Both the position numbers and the translations under genes were made by a program. This document shows, in pieces, positions 11,358 to 21,749 of a DNA stretch of 64,000 bases. The stretch covers positions 60 to 64,059 of the forward strand of contig CAMOEC010000043.1 in assembly GCA_946611795.1 (NCBI GenBank), written 5' to 3'. The notes beneath the pieces were generated by a model. It did not search any database. It was not told where the DNA came from and saw only the letters and a program-made list of their open reading frames with translations. Source of the DNA: an uncultured bacterium (GTDB lineage: Bacteria > Patescibacteriota > Gracilibacteria > Absconditabacterales > Absconditicoccaceae). Each line of letters starts with the position of its first letter. The first letter of the stretch is position 1.

Positions 11358-12800
11358 ATGAAAGACTTACAAATGTATATCAATGGTGAGTTTTGTGAAA
11401 GCTCAAATTGAAAATGGATTGAAGTTCTTAATCCTTCAACAGAAGAGGTTATTTCTCGTCAACCTGAGTGAACAATTGAGGATGTTAATCGTGCGTTAGA
11501 TGCTGCTCGTGCTGCTCAAAAACCTTGGGAGAGGATATCATCAATTGATCGTGCTTGATATTTATTAAAAATAGCTCAGTGAATTAAAAATCGTGAAAAA
11601 GATTTTGTTGAGATTCTTATGCGTGAACAATGAAAAAATCGTAAGTGGGCTGAAATTGAAGTAGGAGCTACAATTAGTTATTTTGAATATATGGCTTCTT
11701 TTGCTCGTCATATTGAGTGAGAAGTAATTCCCTCAGATCGTCCAAATGAAACAATTATTTTAAAGAGAAAAGCTATAGGAGTTGTAGCTTGAATTTTACC
11801 ATGGAATTTCCCATTCTTTCTTATTGCTCGTAAGGCTTGAGCTGCGTTAATTGCTTGATGTACTATTGTTATAAAACCAAGTCAATTAACTCCAGAAAAT
11901 TGTACTGAGTTTGCTAAGGTTATTCATGAAGCAGGACTTCCAAAGTGAGTTATTAATATTGTAACAGGTAAATGATCTGTTATTGGTAATGAGATGGCTT
12001 GAAGTCCAAAAATCGATATTGTTAGTGTTACTGGATCAGTTGAGGCAGGTGAGAGTATTATGGCTGCGGCTTCTAAAAATATTACTAAAGTATCATTGGA
12101 ACTTTGAGGTAAAGCTCCTGCTATTGTATTAAAAGATGCAGATTTAGAGCGTACTGCTCAATGGATAGTTGATAGTCGTATTGGTAATAATGGACAAATT
12201 TGTAATAATGCAGAGCGTGTTTATGTTCAAAAGGAGATAAAAGAAGAATTTACAAAAATTCTTGTTGAAAAAATGTCTGCTGTTAAAGTATGAGATCCAT
12301 GTAAAGATGATTCTGTTGATATGTGACCATTGGTTGAGAAACGTGCATTAGAAAGTGTTACTGAGAAGGTTGAACGTGCTATCAGTCAAGGTGCAAAACT
12401 TCTTTGTGGATGACATCGTGTGTGAGATAAATGATATTTCTATGCTGCAACAGTGTTAGATAATTGTACTCAAGATATGGATATTATTCATGAAGAGACT
12501 TTTGGTCCAATTATTCCATTAGTTGAATTTGATACTGTAGATCAAGCTATTGAATATGCTAATGATTGTGATTATGGTTTAGCTTCTTCTGTTTTTACTA
12601 AGGATTTGAATATGGCAACTAAAGTTTGTCGTGAATTAGAATTCTGAGAGACTTATATCAATCGTGAGCATTTTGAAGCTATTCAATGATTCCATGCTTG
12701 AGTTAAAAAATCTGGAATATGATGAGCTGATGGAAAACATGGAATAAGTGAATATCTTGTAACTCATGTAGTATATCTTGATACCTATGATGATATGTAG
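11358..12800 (+). CDS. aldA: NAD-dependent aldehyde dehydrogenase, lactaldehyde dehydrogenase (AldA)-like
   Basis: ILPWNFPFF, VTGSVEAGESIM, SLELGGKAP, EETFGPIIPL. The C-terminus NREHFEAIQGFHAGVKKSGIGGADGKHGISEYLVTHVVYL closely resembles E. coli AldA (from memory). 481 codons, TAG at 12798-12800. Confidence 0.88.
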
Positions 12801-12832
12801 GATTTTAAATAGGTTTATATTGGTTAAAAAAT

Positions 12833-13993
12833 ATGCAAATAGAACAACAACCAGAACTTCGTGTGTTCTTGGCGGATATTGTAGATAAACAAACTCCAAG
12901 AGAAATTCTTGAAGATAGAATGAGAGAATTAGAAAATTTGGTGAATACCTATTGAGGTGTTGTTGTTCTCCAAAAATATCAAAAGAAGGATTTCCCTGAT
13001 CATAACACTTATGTATGAAAAGGAAAATTGGATGAAATTGTTTCTGATATGCTTCGTTTAGGTGCTAATTTGTTGATTATAGGTAATGCTTTGAAACCAT
13101 CACAAATTTATCAAATTAATGAGAAGTTACGTGAAGTAAGTGAAGAAAATAATTTGAAAGATAAGATGGAAGCATGGGATAGAATAGATTTGATACTTAA
13201 AATATTTGAAAAGCATGCTACTTGATGAGAAGCAAGATTACAGATAGAACTTGCTGCTATTAAACATATGTGACCAAGAATCTATTGAATGTGAATGGAA
13301 CTTTCTAGGCAAGGATGAAGTTCTTGAAGTTCATGAGGAGCAACAAGAGGTATATGAGAAACAAATACTGAGAGGATGAAAAGACACTTGAAGGAAAAAG
13401 TTATGAAAATAGAAAAAAAGTTAGTTGAATATACTCAAATGAGAAAACTTCATCGTGATGCTAGGAAAAAGAAGGGGATGCCTACAGTGTGAATTGTTTG
13501 ATATACTAATGCTTGAAAGTCTTCTTTGCTTAATGCAATGACTAAGAAATGAGTGTTGGCAGAAGATAAATTGTTTGCTACATTATGAACTAATGTTTGA
13601 AAGTGTTATCTTATAACAGATCCAACAACTTGATTGTGAAAAGAAATTTTGTTGAATGATACTATTTGATTTATAAGAGATTTGCCTCCAAAATTAATTA
13701 AATCGTTTTCATCAACACTGGAGGATAGTATTGAGTCTGATTTATTATTACATGTTATTGATTCGAGTGATTCGTTTGTTCAAGAAAGAATTGAAGTTGT
13801 TCATCAGGTCTTAGAAGATATTTGAGCTAATCAGGATAAAATACTTGTGTTTAATAAGATTGATTTAGTTGATGAGGAAAGGATACAATCATTAAAGCAG
13901 GAGTATAAAGATTATAATTGTGTGTTTGTTTCCGTTAAAAAGTGAATTTGATTTGATGATTTAAAAATGCAATTAGTCAATAAATTAAAGTAA
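12833..13993 (+). CDS. hflX: GTPase HflX
   Basis: IGNALKPSQIYQINEKL, ELAAIKHMGPRI, GYTNAGKSSLLNAMT (P-loop), [38 protein letters not shown], NKIDL. 387 codons, TAA at 13991-13993. Confidence 0.9.
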
Positions 13994-14061
13994 TTTCAAT
14001 TTGATTTATTATTGCTTAATACTATAAGTTCTTTGAGTTTTATATAATATTCATTCTTACA

Positions 14062-15015
14062 ATGGATGTACATAACTTAATCATTATTGGTTCTTGACCA
14101 GCTTGATATACTGCAGCTATTTATGCTACTAGAGCTTTGTTAAATCCTTTGTTATTTGAAGGGTACATGGCTTGATGAATTCCTGCAGGATGACAGTTAA
14201 CAACAACTACAACTGTTTATAATTATCCTGGATTTCCAGATGGTATTGATGGTCCTGAATTGATGTTGAGAATTAAAAAACAATGTCAAAATCAGTGAGT
14301 AGAAATATTACCAAAAACAGTTGATCGTGTTGATTTTTCTGTTAAACCATTCAAGGTTTTCTCTTGAAATGAGGTTTATTATGCAAAGTCAGTTATCGTG
14401 GCAACTTGAGCAACTGCTTTAAGGTTAAGAATTCCAGGAGAAGATAAGTATTGGCAAAGAGGAATCTCAGCTTGTGCTATTTGTGATTGAGGGTTACCAA
14501 TTTATAGAAATGGTAGATTAATTGTTGTTTGATGATGAGATTCTGCTATGGAAGAAGCTACTTATTTAACAAAATTTGCTAGTGAAGTATATATTCTTGT
14601 AAGAAAATGATTCTTTAGAGCATCTCCTTCAATGCAACAAAAGGTAGCATTAAATGATAAGATTAAAGTTTTGTGGAATACTGAAGTTCTTGAAGCTAAT
14701 TGAGATGGACATCAATTAAGATCAGTAAAAGCATTTAATAATAAGACTAATGAAAAATTTGATATCGAATGTGCAGGTTTATTCTATGCTATTTGACATA
14801 AGCCTAATACTGATTTCTTGTGATGACAATTAGAATTAGATGAAGGTTGAAGTATAAAAACAGATATTTGATCAGCAATGACAAGTGTTAAATGAGTTTT
14901 TGCTGCATGAGATGTAAAGGATAAAAATACTCCTTTTAGACAAGCTGTTGTTGCTGCTTGATCTTGATGTAAGGCAGCTTTAGAGGCAGAACAATTTTTG
15001 AAGTCTTCTAATTAG
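14062..15015 (+). CDS. trxB: thioredoxin-disulfide reductase
   Basis: FAD motif IIGS[TGA]PA[TGA]YTAA (GxGxxG with both Gly as TGA), redox-active CAIC, NADPH motif VVGGGDSAMEEA (all three Gly = TGA), GVFAAGD. 23 in-frame TGA by my count. 318 codons, TAG at 15013-15015. Confidence 0.93.
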
Positions 15016-15024
15016 TATAAAAAA

Positions 15025-16434
15025 ATGAAAAAGCAAAATTATCTTGATTTTGTTCATGGCATTTTATCCTCTGAGGAGGATTTTTTGCTATTTAAAGAGT
15101 TTTATCAAAAGAGGCTTCCTAAAAGTATTAAGCTAATCCAATCAAGGATTTGTGGTAAGGAGATTGAGGCATTCTTAAAAGATAGATGATGGAAATTTTA
15201 TTTGCCTGATTTTTTGGCTAGTTCTTGAAATTCTTTTGATGATGTTAAGTGTGTAGAAAATATTGATGTAAAGTCTTTATGAAGTCATAGTTTTCATAAT
15301 GCTTGATTATTCTATATTCAAGAGATTTCTGCTGGATTATCTGCACAGGTGCTAGGTGTTGAGAAATGAGATGTTGTTTTAGATTTATGTGCAGCACCAG
15401 GATGAAAGACAGTACAACTAGCTGATAGGTTATTGAATTTATGAGGATGACATGTATTTGCTAATGAACTTTCATTTGCAAGGAGAAAAGCGTTGGTTTT
15501 TAATCTAAATCGTTGTTGATTATATAATACTTCTATTCTTTGATATGATTGAGTATCTGTTGGTGATTTAGCTCATGAAATGTTTGATAAGGTTCTTGTT
15601 GACGCTCCTTGTTCATGAGAGGGAATGCAGTATAAATATGATAAAAATGTTGTTTATTGGGATCAGGTTGGTGCAGAGAAGTTAGCAAAATTGCAGAAAG
15701 AATTATTATTATCCTGATTGAAAGCATTAAAAGTTTGAGGTGAATTAGTTTATTCAACCTGTACATTAAATCCTTATGAAAATGAGTGAGTTATTTCTTA
15801 TGTTTTAGAACAGTTGTGAGATAGAGTAGAACTTATTAATGTTGATATTAAGTGAAAAAGTTTTTGATTGGAGAAATATTTAGATAAGTGAAAAGCTCAA
15901 TTGGTAGCAAGATTTTGGCCTCATATTCAAAAAACTTGATGATTCTTTATTGCTAAATTTAGAAAGTTAAAATCACTTTCAAATACAGCTAAAGTTGATG
16001 AAAGATTTTTAAAAAAGTCTGAATATGATTATTCAGATTCATTGAGAAGTCGTGTGGTGGATTATCTAATGGAGGAGCGAGGAGTTATTTGTGATGAGAA
16101 ATATCAGTTTTTTGCTTCAAAGGATTTTGTCTATGTGAAAGATAATACAGAGATAAATAATAAATGATTGTTTATTGAAAAGCAATGAATACCTATAATT
16201 AAGCTTTGATTTAGATGAGATTTTATTCCGCAGCAGTGAATTGTTACTGTATTTTGAAATGCTATGAGTAAAAATATCGTAGAACTAGATTATGAATCAT
16301 TACAAAAAATATCAGATTGATCTGATATTCCTTGAAATTATTGATTAGAGGGGAAGTTTGTTTGTGTTAAGTGGAATTCTATTTGATTATTCCTTGCTAA
16401 ACAAGTTAAGAATTTATTAAAAATGAAGCTCTAA
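15025..16434 (+). CDS. NOL1/NOP2/Sun-family rRNA (cytosine-C5) methyltransferase, RsmB/RsmF-like
   Basis: FYIQEISAGL, LDLCAAPGGKT, VLVDAPCSGEGM, LVYSTCTLNPYENE. 470 codons, TAA at 16432-16434. Confidence 0.85.
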
Positions 16435-16646
16435 TTGTGTTTACAATGTCAGCAGCAATGGTCTCAATGACAATGATGATGTTCTTCTTCATCTTTTTCT
16501 GGTAATTCGATTGATTCAGTAATAGCTCTTATCATAAAGTCTAGTATTTCATCATCAGTGACTTGTTCTCATGAATTCTGTTCGATAAGTTTTTTCAGCA
16601 TCATGAAATCATTATAGGTTTCATCTTTTATTTTCAATTCTTTCAT
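16431..16646 (-). CDS. small protein with Cys/His-rich C-terminal tail (71 aa)
   Basis: MKELKIKDETYNDFMMLKKLIEQNSGEQVTDDEILDFMIRAITESIELPEKDEEEHHHCHGDHCCGHCKHN. ATG at 16646, TAG at 16431-16433, overlapping the stop of the convergent methyltransferase gene by 3 nt. Confidence 0.45.
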
Positions 16647-16656
16647 TGTGATAATC

Positions 16657-16839
16657 TTATTTTTTAAAAATAGCGTGGATTATAACAAAGGGGAATGCTA
16701 ATACTTTCCTTCGGTTTGGCTTTATTCGTAGAAATGCAGGATATTTTTTGAATACTACGTCTAAAAATATCGCAAATTTATTATTAGGGTCTTTGCTTTT
16801 GAAGGGGTAGAGGATAAAATCTATTATGAATTTTATCAT
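16657..16839 (-). CDS. questionable small ORF (60 aa)
   Basis: Track ORF with a genuine TAA stop, but with no recognisable features. It lies between the tig terminator and the Cys/His-tail gene, so it may simply be leader sequence. Confidence 0.2.
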   Translation of the reverse strand: MIKFIIDFILYPFKSKDPNNKFAIFLDVVFKKYPAFLRIKPNRRKVLAFPFVIIHAIFKK

Positions 16840-16855
16840 GTAGTAGATCTCTATT

Positions 16856-16880
16856 AAAAAACCCTGGTTTTACAGGGTTG
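16856..16880 (-). terminator. rho-independent terminator after tig
   Basis: The minus strand reads aaccctg-taaaac-cagggtt followed by tttttt, immediately downstream of the tig stop (16885-16887). Confidence 0.75.
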
Positions 16881-16884
16881 TTAA

Positions 16885-18156
16885 TTATTTGTCTTCTTTT
16901 TTAGTTGCTTTTTTAGTTGGCTTTTTTGCAGCCTTTGTTTCTTTTTCAGGTAACGCCCCTACAAGTTTTCCGTAAATTTGTTTTTCAACAAATAATGGTT
17001 CTTGATTTTGATCGTTCCAGTTTATATTAAGTCAAAGTAGTTCAGTAATTTTGTTTAGAATAAAGAACTTTTCTAGACTTTCTGCAGCAGCAGATTGAAC
17101 ACCGTCAACAAATTCTTTAGATTTTTCTTCTCCTAATTGAGTGAAATATTCTTTAACTTTATCTTCACTTCCAAATCTGTGTTTTAAGTTATCCATTCTA
17201 ACTTTGAATTCTTGATCAATCATTGTCTTAGGAATAACTACGTTAACTCCTGATTTTCTAACGTCATTAAGATAATTTTCTATAGTTTGAACAAGTTCGT
17301 TTTCTTCTTTTTGATTAACGATTTCTTTTTTGATATATGCTCTTAATTCAGCATTAGTTTTTACCTCAGCATCTTTTCCAAATAATTTTTCAATCATTTT
17401 ATCATTTAGTTCAGGAAGAACTACTTCTTTTACATCTTGAATTGTAATCTTAACTTTTTTAGCTTCACCTTTTTTAGCATGAAGAACTTGTGGTAATTTC
17501 TTTTCATCGTATGCTAATTCTATTACTTCCTTCTTCTTTTTTCCGTTGAATGTTTTTGCCCAAAATTTATCTTCATTAAATTCTGTTTCTCAAAGGTATG
17601 TTGTTCATTTATCAACAGTTTCTCAGTTTTTATCAATAAATTCTAATCCTAATTTTGAGATAGTATTTTTATCTGAAATAGTTTCTGCATCTTTATAGTC
17701 TGCATAATTCTTTTGAATATTCAATAATGAATCTTCAACTTCTTTATCTGTTGCTTCAACTTTTATTTCTTTCATTTTAATACCTTCCCATTTTTTACCA
17801 TCAACTTTTACTTCAGGGTAAACGTCTAAATGGAAAGTAACATTAGTTGTTCATTTGTCTTCTTTTGTTTCATATCCATAAGGTTCACCAATGAATTTAA
17901 TGTCTTTATTTTCTTTTAATATTTCTTGAATTGCATCGTTAATAAGATGTTCAGTAATTGTCATATCGATATATACTGGTTCAATATTCTTTTCAACAAT
18001 ATGCATAGGTACTTTACCAGCTCTGAATCAAGGAATTTTCATATCTTTTGCAAAATGTTCTAACACGTGTCATCTTACTTTTGATTTATCTTCATCTCAA
18101 AAGCTAACAGTGATGATGTAATCACAATTCTTTCCTTCTGTTAATTTTTTATTCAT
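16885..18156 (-). CDS. tig: trigger factor
   Basis: MNKKLTEGKNCDYIITVSFGDEDKSKVRGHVLEHFAKDMKIPGFRAGKVPMHIVEKNIEP... (conserved GFRxGKxP motif). Track ORF 17032-17397 is an in-frame fragment. 424 codons, TAA at 16885-16887. Confidence 0.9.
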
Positions 18157-18226
18157 ATTTTTGAAGTAATAATAAAATTGTATTATTTAGAGTGTAGTTA
18201 TTCTCTTATTCTTTTCAAGTTGATAT

Positions 18227-19243
18227 TTAGAATAGAGGTGTGATAATATTTTTTTCGATATTAGTTGTGTCTGATTTGAATAATAGAGCAGGAATATAGT
18301 ATCCATCTTTTTCAAGGTATATGTATTTTCACTTTATCATTGGTATTGATCATTCTTGTCCTTTTTTTGTTGTATCAATATTTCATTCATTTCATAGTGT
18401 TTCTAATATATCTTTTTTAGTTTTTTGTAGTTGGTATTCAGATAGTTGGTATGATTGAACATCATAGTTTAGAATATTTAATAATATTCATTGTTCTTTA
18501 TCAAATGTTGCGCTGAATCATTCTTGTTTTTTATTTGAGTTCCAAAGCTCTTTATCATCAATAATTCTAGGGTAGAAAAATGTTATTTCTGATGATGATT
18601 CTTCAGTTATTGTTGGATCTCAATAGTATTTTAAGCTGAGTCCTAATTTTGATAATTCTGATTTTATTATTTTCTTTATTTCTTTTTCACTGAATTCTTC
18701 TTCTTGTTCGATATATTCTTCTATTGCATTGAAGATTTCAATCTTTTTATGGTTTAGGTCTATGCTAACATAGTATTTTTGGTCTGCGGTTTCAAATAAG
18801 ATATTCTCAACTTTTCAGGCTTTAAATCATTTTGTTTTTGTATCTGGTAATCTTAAGTATTTTATAAGAGGATTAACTGAAACGTCTTTTGTTTCAAGAT
18901 TTTTCATGATATAGAAACTCTTTTTTAGACTTGGAATTTGGTTCTCTCAAATATGGTAGAGTATTGGATATGCAGAAATAATTGTGCTCTTTATTTTGTT
19001 TCATTTTTTTTCATTTTCTCAGCTTCAGATTTCTCAGAATGCATTATCTTCAAGGTAATTCAATGTCTTAGGGTTACTTAGTAGTTGAGGAGTACTATTA
19101 AAACTAATTATTCACAGTACGAATAGAATTATGAATAATCCTATAGCAAAGCAGAATCCTACAAAATAAAATTTGAAATTTTTTTTATAGTATTGATAGT
19201 ATTGTTTCATAGTTTCATTATTTGTTTTTACTTCTTTAGTCAT
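18227..19243 (-). CDS. hypothetical membrane-anchored protein (338 aa)
   Basis: MTKEVKTNNETMKQYYQYYKKNFKFYFVGFCFAIGLFIILFVLGIISFNS... has one N-terminal TM helix followed by a soluble K/E/Y-rich domain. TAA at 18227-18229. Confidence 0.5.
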
Positions 19244-19307
19244 TCGTTTATTTTTTAGTTAAAAACTATATAGAAACATAATGATGTTAATAGTTTTTTC
19301 AATTCAA

Positions 19308-20171
19308 ACTACTTTGTTCAAATTAGTTCGTCATATGAATCTTGTCTTATTAATATGCTTGATTTCTTGAAGTGCTTTTTTAAATCCTTTTCTATTTCGT
19401 TACTTATTTCATTTGCTTCTTTTAGAGATATATTTTTGTTTTTAAATACGATATGAAAACTGATAAATACTTTACCTCATGATTTATGAGTCTTTAGTTT
19501 ATGAAAACTTTCTATATTAGGATTCTTTAAGATTATTTTTCATATTACTTCATCTTTTTCTATACTTTTATCCATTAATACATCTATTCAATCTTTTATA
19601 ATTCTTATACTTGGGAACATAATGTATATTGCAATTCCTATAGCTATTATTTGGTCTATGGATTGATATCATGTGTATTTTACTAATATCAGTGCAAGTA
19701 TTATTCATGAGTTAGTTAGAAAATCCATAGTGTAGTGTATTAAGTCTGCTTTTATTATTAAGTTGTTTGTCTTTTCAGCTGTCTTTTTCATGAATAATAC
19801 GATGATTCATGTTATTAGGATTGATATTATCATTACAATAATGCTTTCATTTATTCAGTCTATACTATCTCAACGAAGCAATTTTTGTATTGATGAAAAT
19901 ATTATTAGTAATCAAGATACGATAATAATAAATCATTCTATTACGGCAGCTAATCATTCTACTTTTCAATGTCAGTAATTATGTTCTTTATCTGCTGGTT
20001 TTGCTGATTCTTTTAATGCAAAAAGGTTTAATAGAGAAACCATAAAATCTAAAAGTGAATCTGCTGCTGAAGCTAATAATGTCATACTTCAGCTAATGAT
20101 TCAGAATGTGAATTTTATTATTGCCAAAAGAAATGCTCAGATACTTGCTATTTTAACGGCTTTCTTTTCAC
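19308..20171 (-). CDS. cation diffusion facilitator (CDF) family metal efflux transporter
   Basis: GSMTLLASAADSLLDFMVSLLN, PADKEHNYGHGKVEGLAAVIEG, and a C-terminal cytoplasmic domain (GKVFISFHIVF). The nearby ATG at 20178 is out of frame (it hits TAA after 8 codons). The in-frame start is GTG at 20169-20171, preceded by in-frame TAA at 20196-20198. The frame was scanned and TAG lies at 19308-19310. Confidence 0.8.
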
Positions 20172-20203
20172 TATGCATGTGTTGTTTTTATTTTTTTAAA
20201 TTA

Positions 20204-20695
20204 TTATAAGAACATTGCTTCAAGTCCTTTCCATATAGCGAATGAAAAAACTATAACGATAATTCATATGATTGCGTTTTTTATAGCAGTTTTTCAATTA
20301 GATACGTTTCATCAGAAGATTGAGGTTGCGAATTGATATCCAGCGTAAAGTATCATTATACTTCAAATTAGAATTCATAATTGATTAATAAATCTTATTA
20401 CATATGCAACATAACTAAGTAATATATCCCAGTTCATTACACCTGTTTCAAAAGCAAGTCAGATATCTCAGTCATCTAGTATATCTTTTGCCTGTTCATT
20501 GTATCTATCATTTACTGATCTTCCATCGTCATCTCAAACTAATTTTACAATAGAAGCTGCTTTATCATCATAGTCGTTATCTGTTTCTGTTTCTGGAATA
20601 ATATGCAAATAGTTTGATGTATGTTGTGTTGCGTTTGTTGTCAAACTTAGTGAAGATAGTGTAAATACAATTGCTAATAATAAAAATTTTTTCAT
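20204..20695 (-). CDS. T4SS-pilin-like (TrbC/VirB2-like) small secreted membrane protein
   Basis: Signal peptide MKKFLLLAIVFTLSSLSLTTNA, then an acidic spacer. Two C-terminal hydrophobic helices follow: WDILLSYVAYVIRFINQLGILIGSIMILYAGYQFATS...GKTAIKNAIIGIIVIVFSFAIW. This layout is typical of the CPR T4SS_pilin family (Pfam PF18895, from memory). 164 codons. Confidence 0.5.
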
Positions 20696-20717
20696 TGTTG
20701 AGTATTAATAATTTAAA

Positions 20718-21701
20718 TTAGTTACATTTTAATGTTATTTGTTGTATTAATCTTAGTACTCAGAATAAGTAGTTATTTGCTCTTACAGCTGTATTATCTA
20801 CTGTTATACTTCTTGATGTAAGGTAGTTGTTGTAATTTCTTAAATTATTTCGCATAAGAAGATTTGTCTCTGTTGTTATGAATTTAGAATACAATTCTGC
20901 TTTATCTTGTAGAATTTTTTTTATTTTATTAAGACAGTTTTTTTGTATTGTAATTGTGTCTTGATCTGTATCATCAAATCTTCATTGTTTTATTGCTTGA
21001 TATATTCATATCTGGCAAAGATTTTCATATTTTGTTGTTAAATCCCAATCGTTTATTTTTTTGAATTTTTCTACATCATTTATTGTTGTTCATCAATTTT
21101 CTGTTTTTTCAATTTTCCCTGCATATGTTCAAGGACTTGTTCAATCGTAATATGATATCAAATATTTAGGTACTTGTGTTTTTACTTTTCATCTAGTTGA
21201 AAATTCCCAGCATTTATCATTAAGCCAATATTCTTTATATTTACTCTCTAATTTTTGTGGTAAGGCTCAATTTGTATCAGTAGCAAATTCTTCTACTATT
21301 TTTTCCCATTCTGCAGCTTTTTCATCTAGTTCAAGGCCTTCATATGTTTTTGGTCAAAGTCTTCTTAGCATAATATTTATTATATGATCAAGAAAATATT
21401 GAGATTTTGGATAATCTTTTCAAATATCATCAAAGTCTGATTTTTTACATGTTTTATCATTTTTAAGCTCTTCTGTATCAAAACAACAGTATTTTTTTAG
21501 ATTTCTATATGCTCTTACTAGTCCTTTTTCTGTTATTAGTTCATTTCAGTAACTTCATTTAAAGCTTAATTTCATACCTTCTGTAAGTCAATTTTTTAAG
21601 TCTACTCAAGAAACAGCTGCACAATCACTTTTGTATGCAAAACTTATGTTTCAAATGAATAAGAGACTAATGATACTAATTGCAAGGATACTTTTTTTCA
21701 T
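20718..21701 (-). CDS. secreted Cys-containing hypothetical protein (327 aa)
   Basis: MKKSILAISIISLLFIGNISFAYKSDCAAV... has a signal peptide, several Cys (KKYCCFD, DKTCKK, DKCWEF, ENLCQ, KNCLNK, ends LKCN) and no family recognised. It lies 48 nt downstream of the giant ORF and 22 nt upstream of the pilin-like gene. Confidence 0.55.
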
Positions 21702-21749
21702 CTTCTTAATACCGTTAAATGTTATAGAGTTTATATGATAAAACTTGTT

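Noticed and set aside
16647-16855. A possible riboswitch or small RNA upstream of the Cys/His-tail gene. A ggggtagagg element was noticed on the plus strand.
   Set aside because: I could not match it to any riboswitch consensus from memory, and the element is on the wrong strand for the downstream gene. It is retained only as a low-interest note within a finding.
20176-20178. The ATG at 20178 as the start of the CDF transporter.
   Set aside because: It is in a different frame and reaches TAA after 8 codons. The conserved CDF frame begins at the GTG at 20169-20171.
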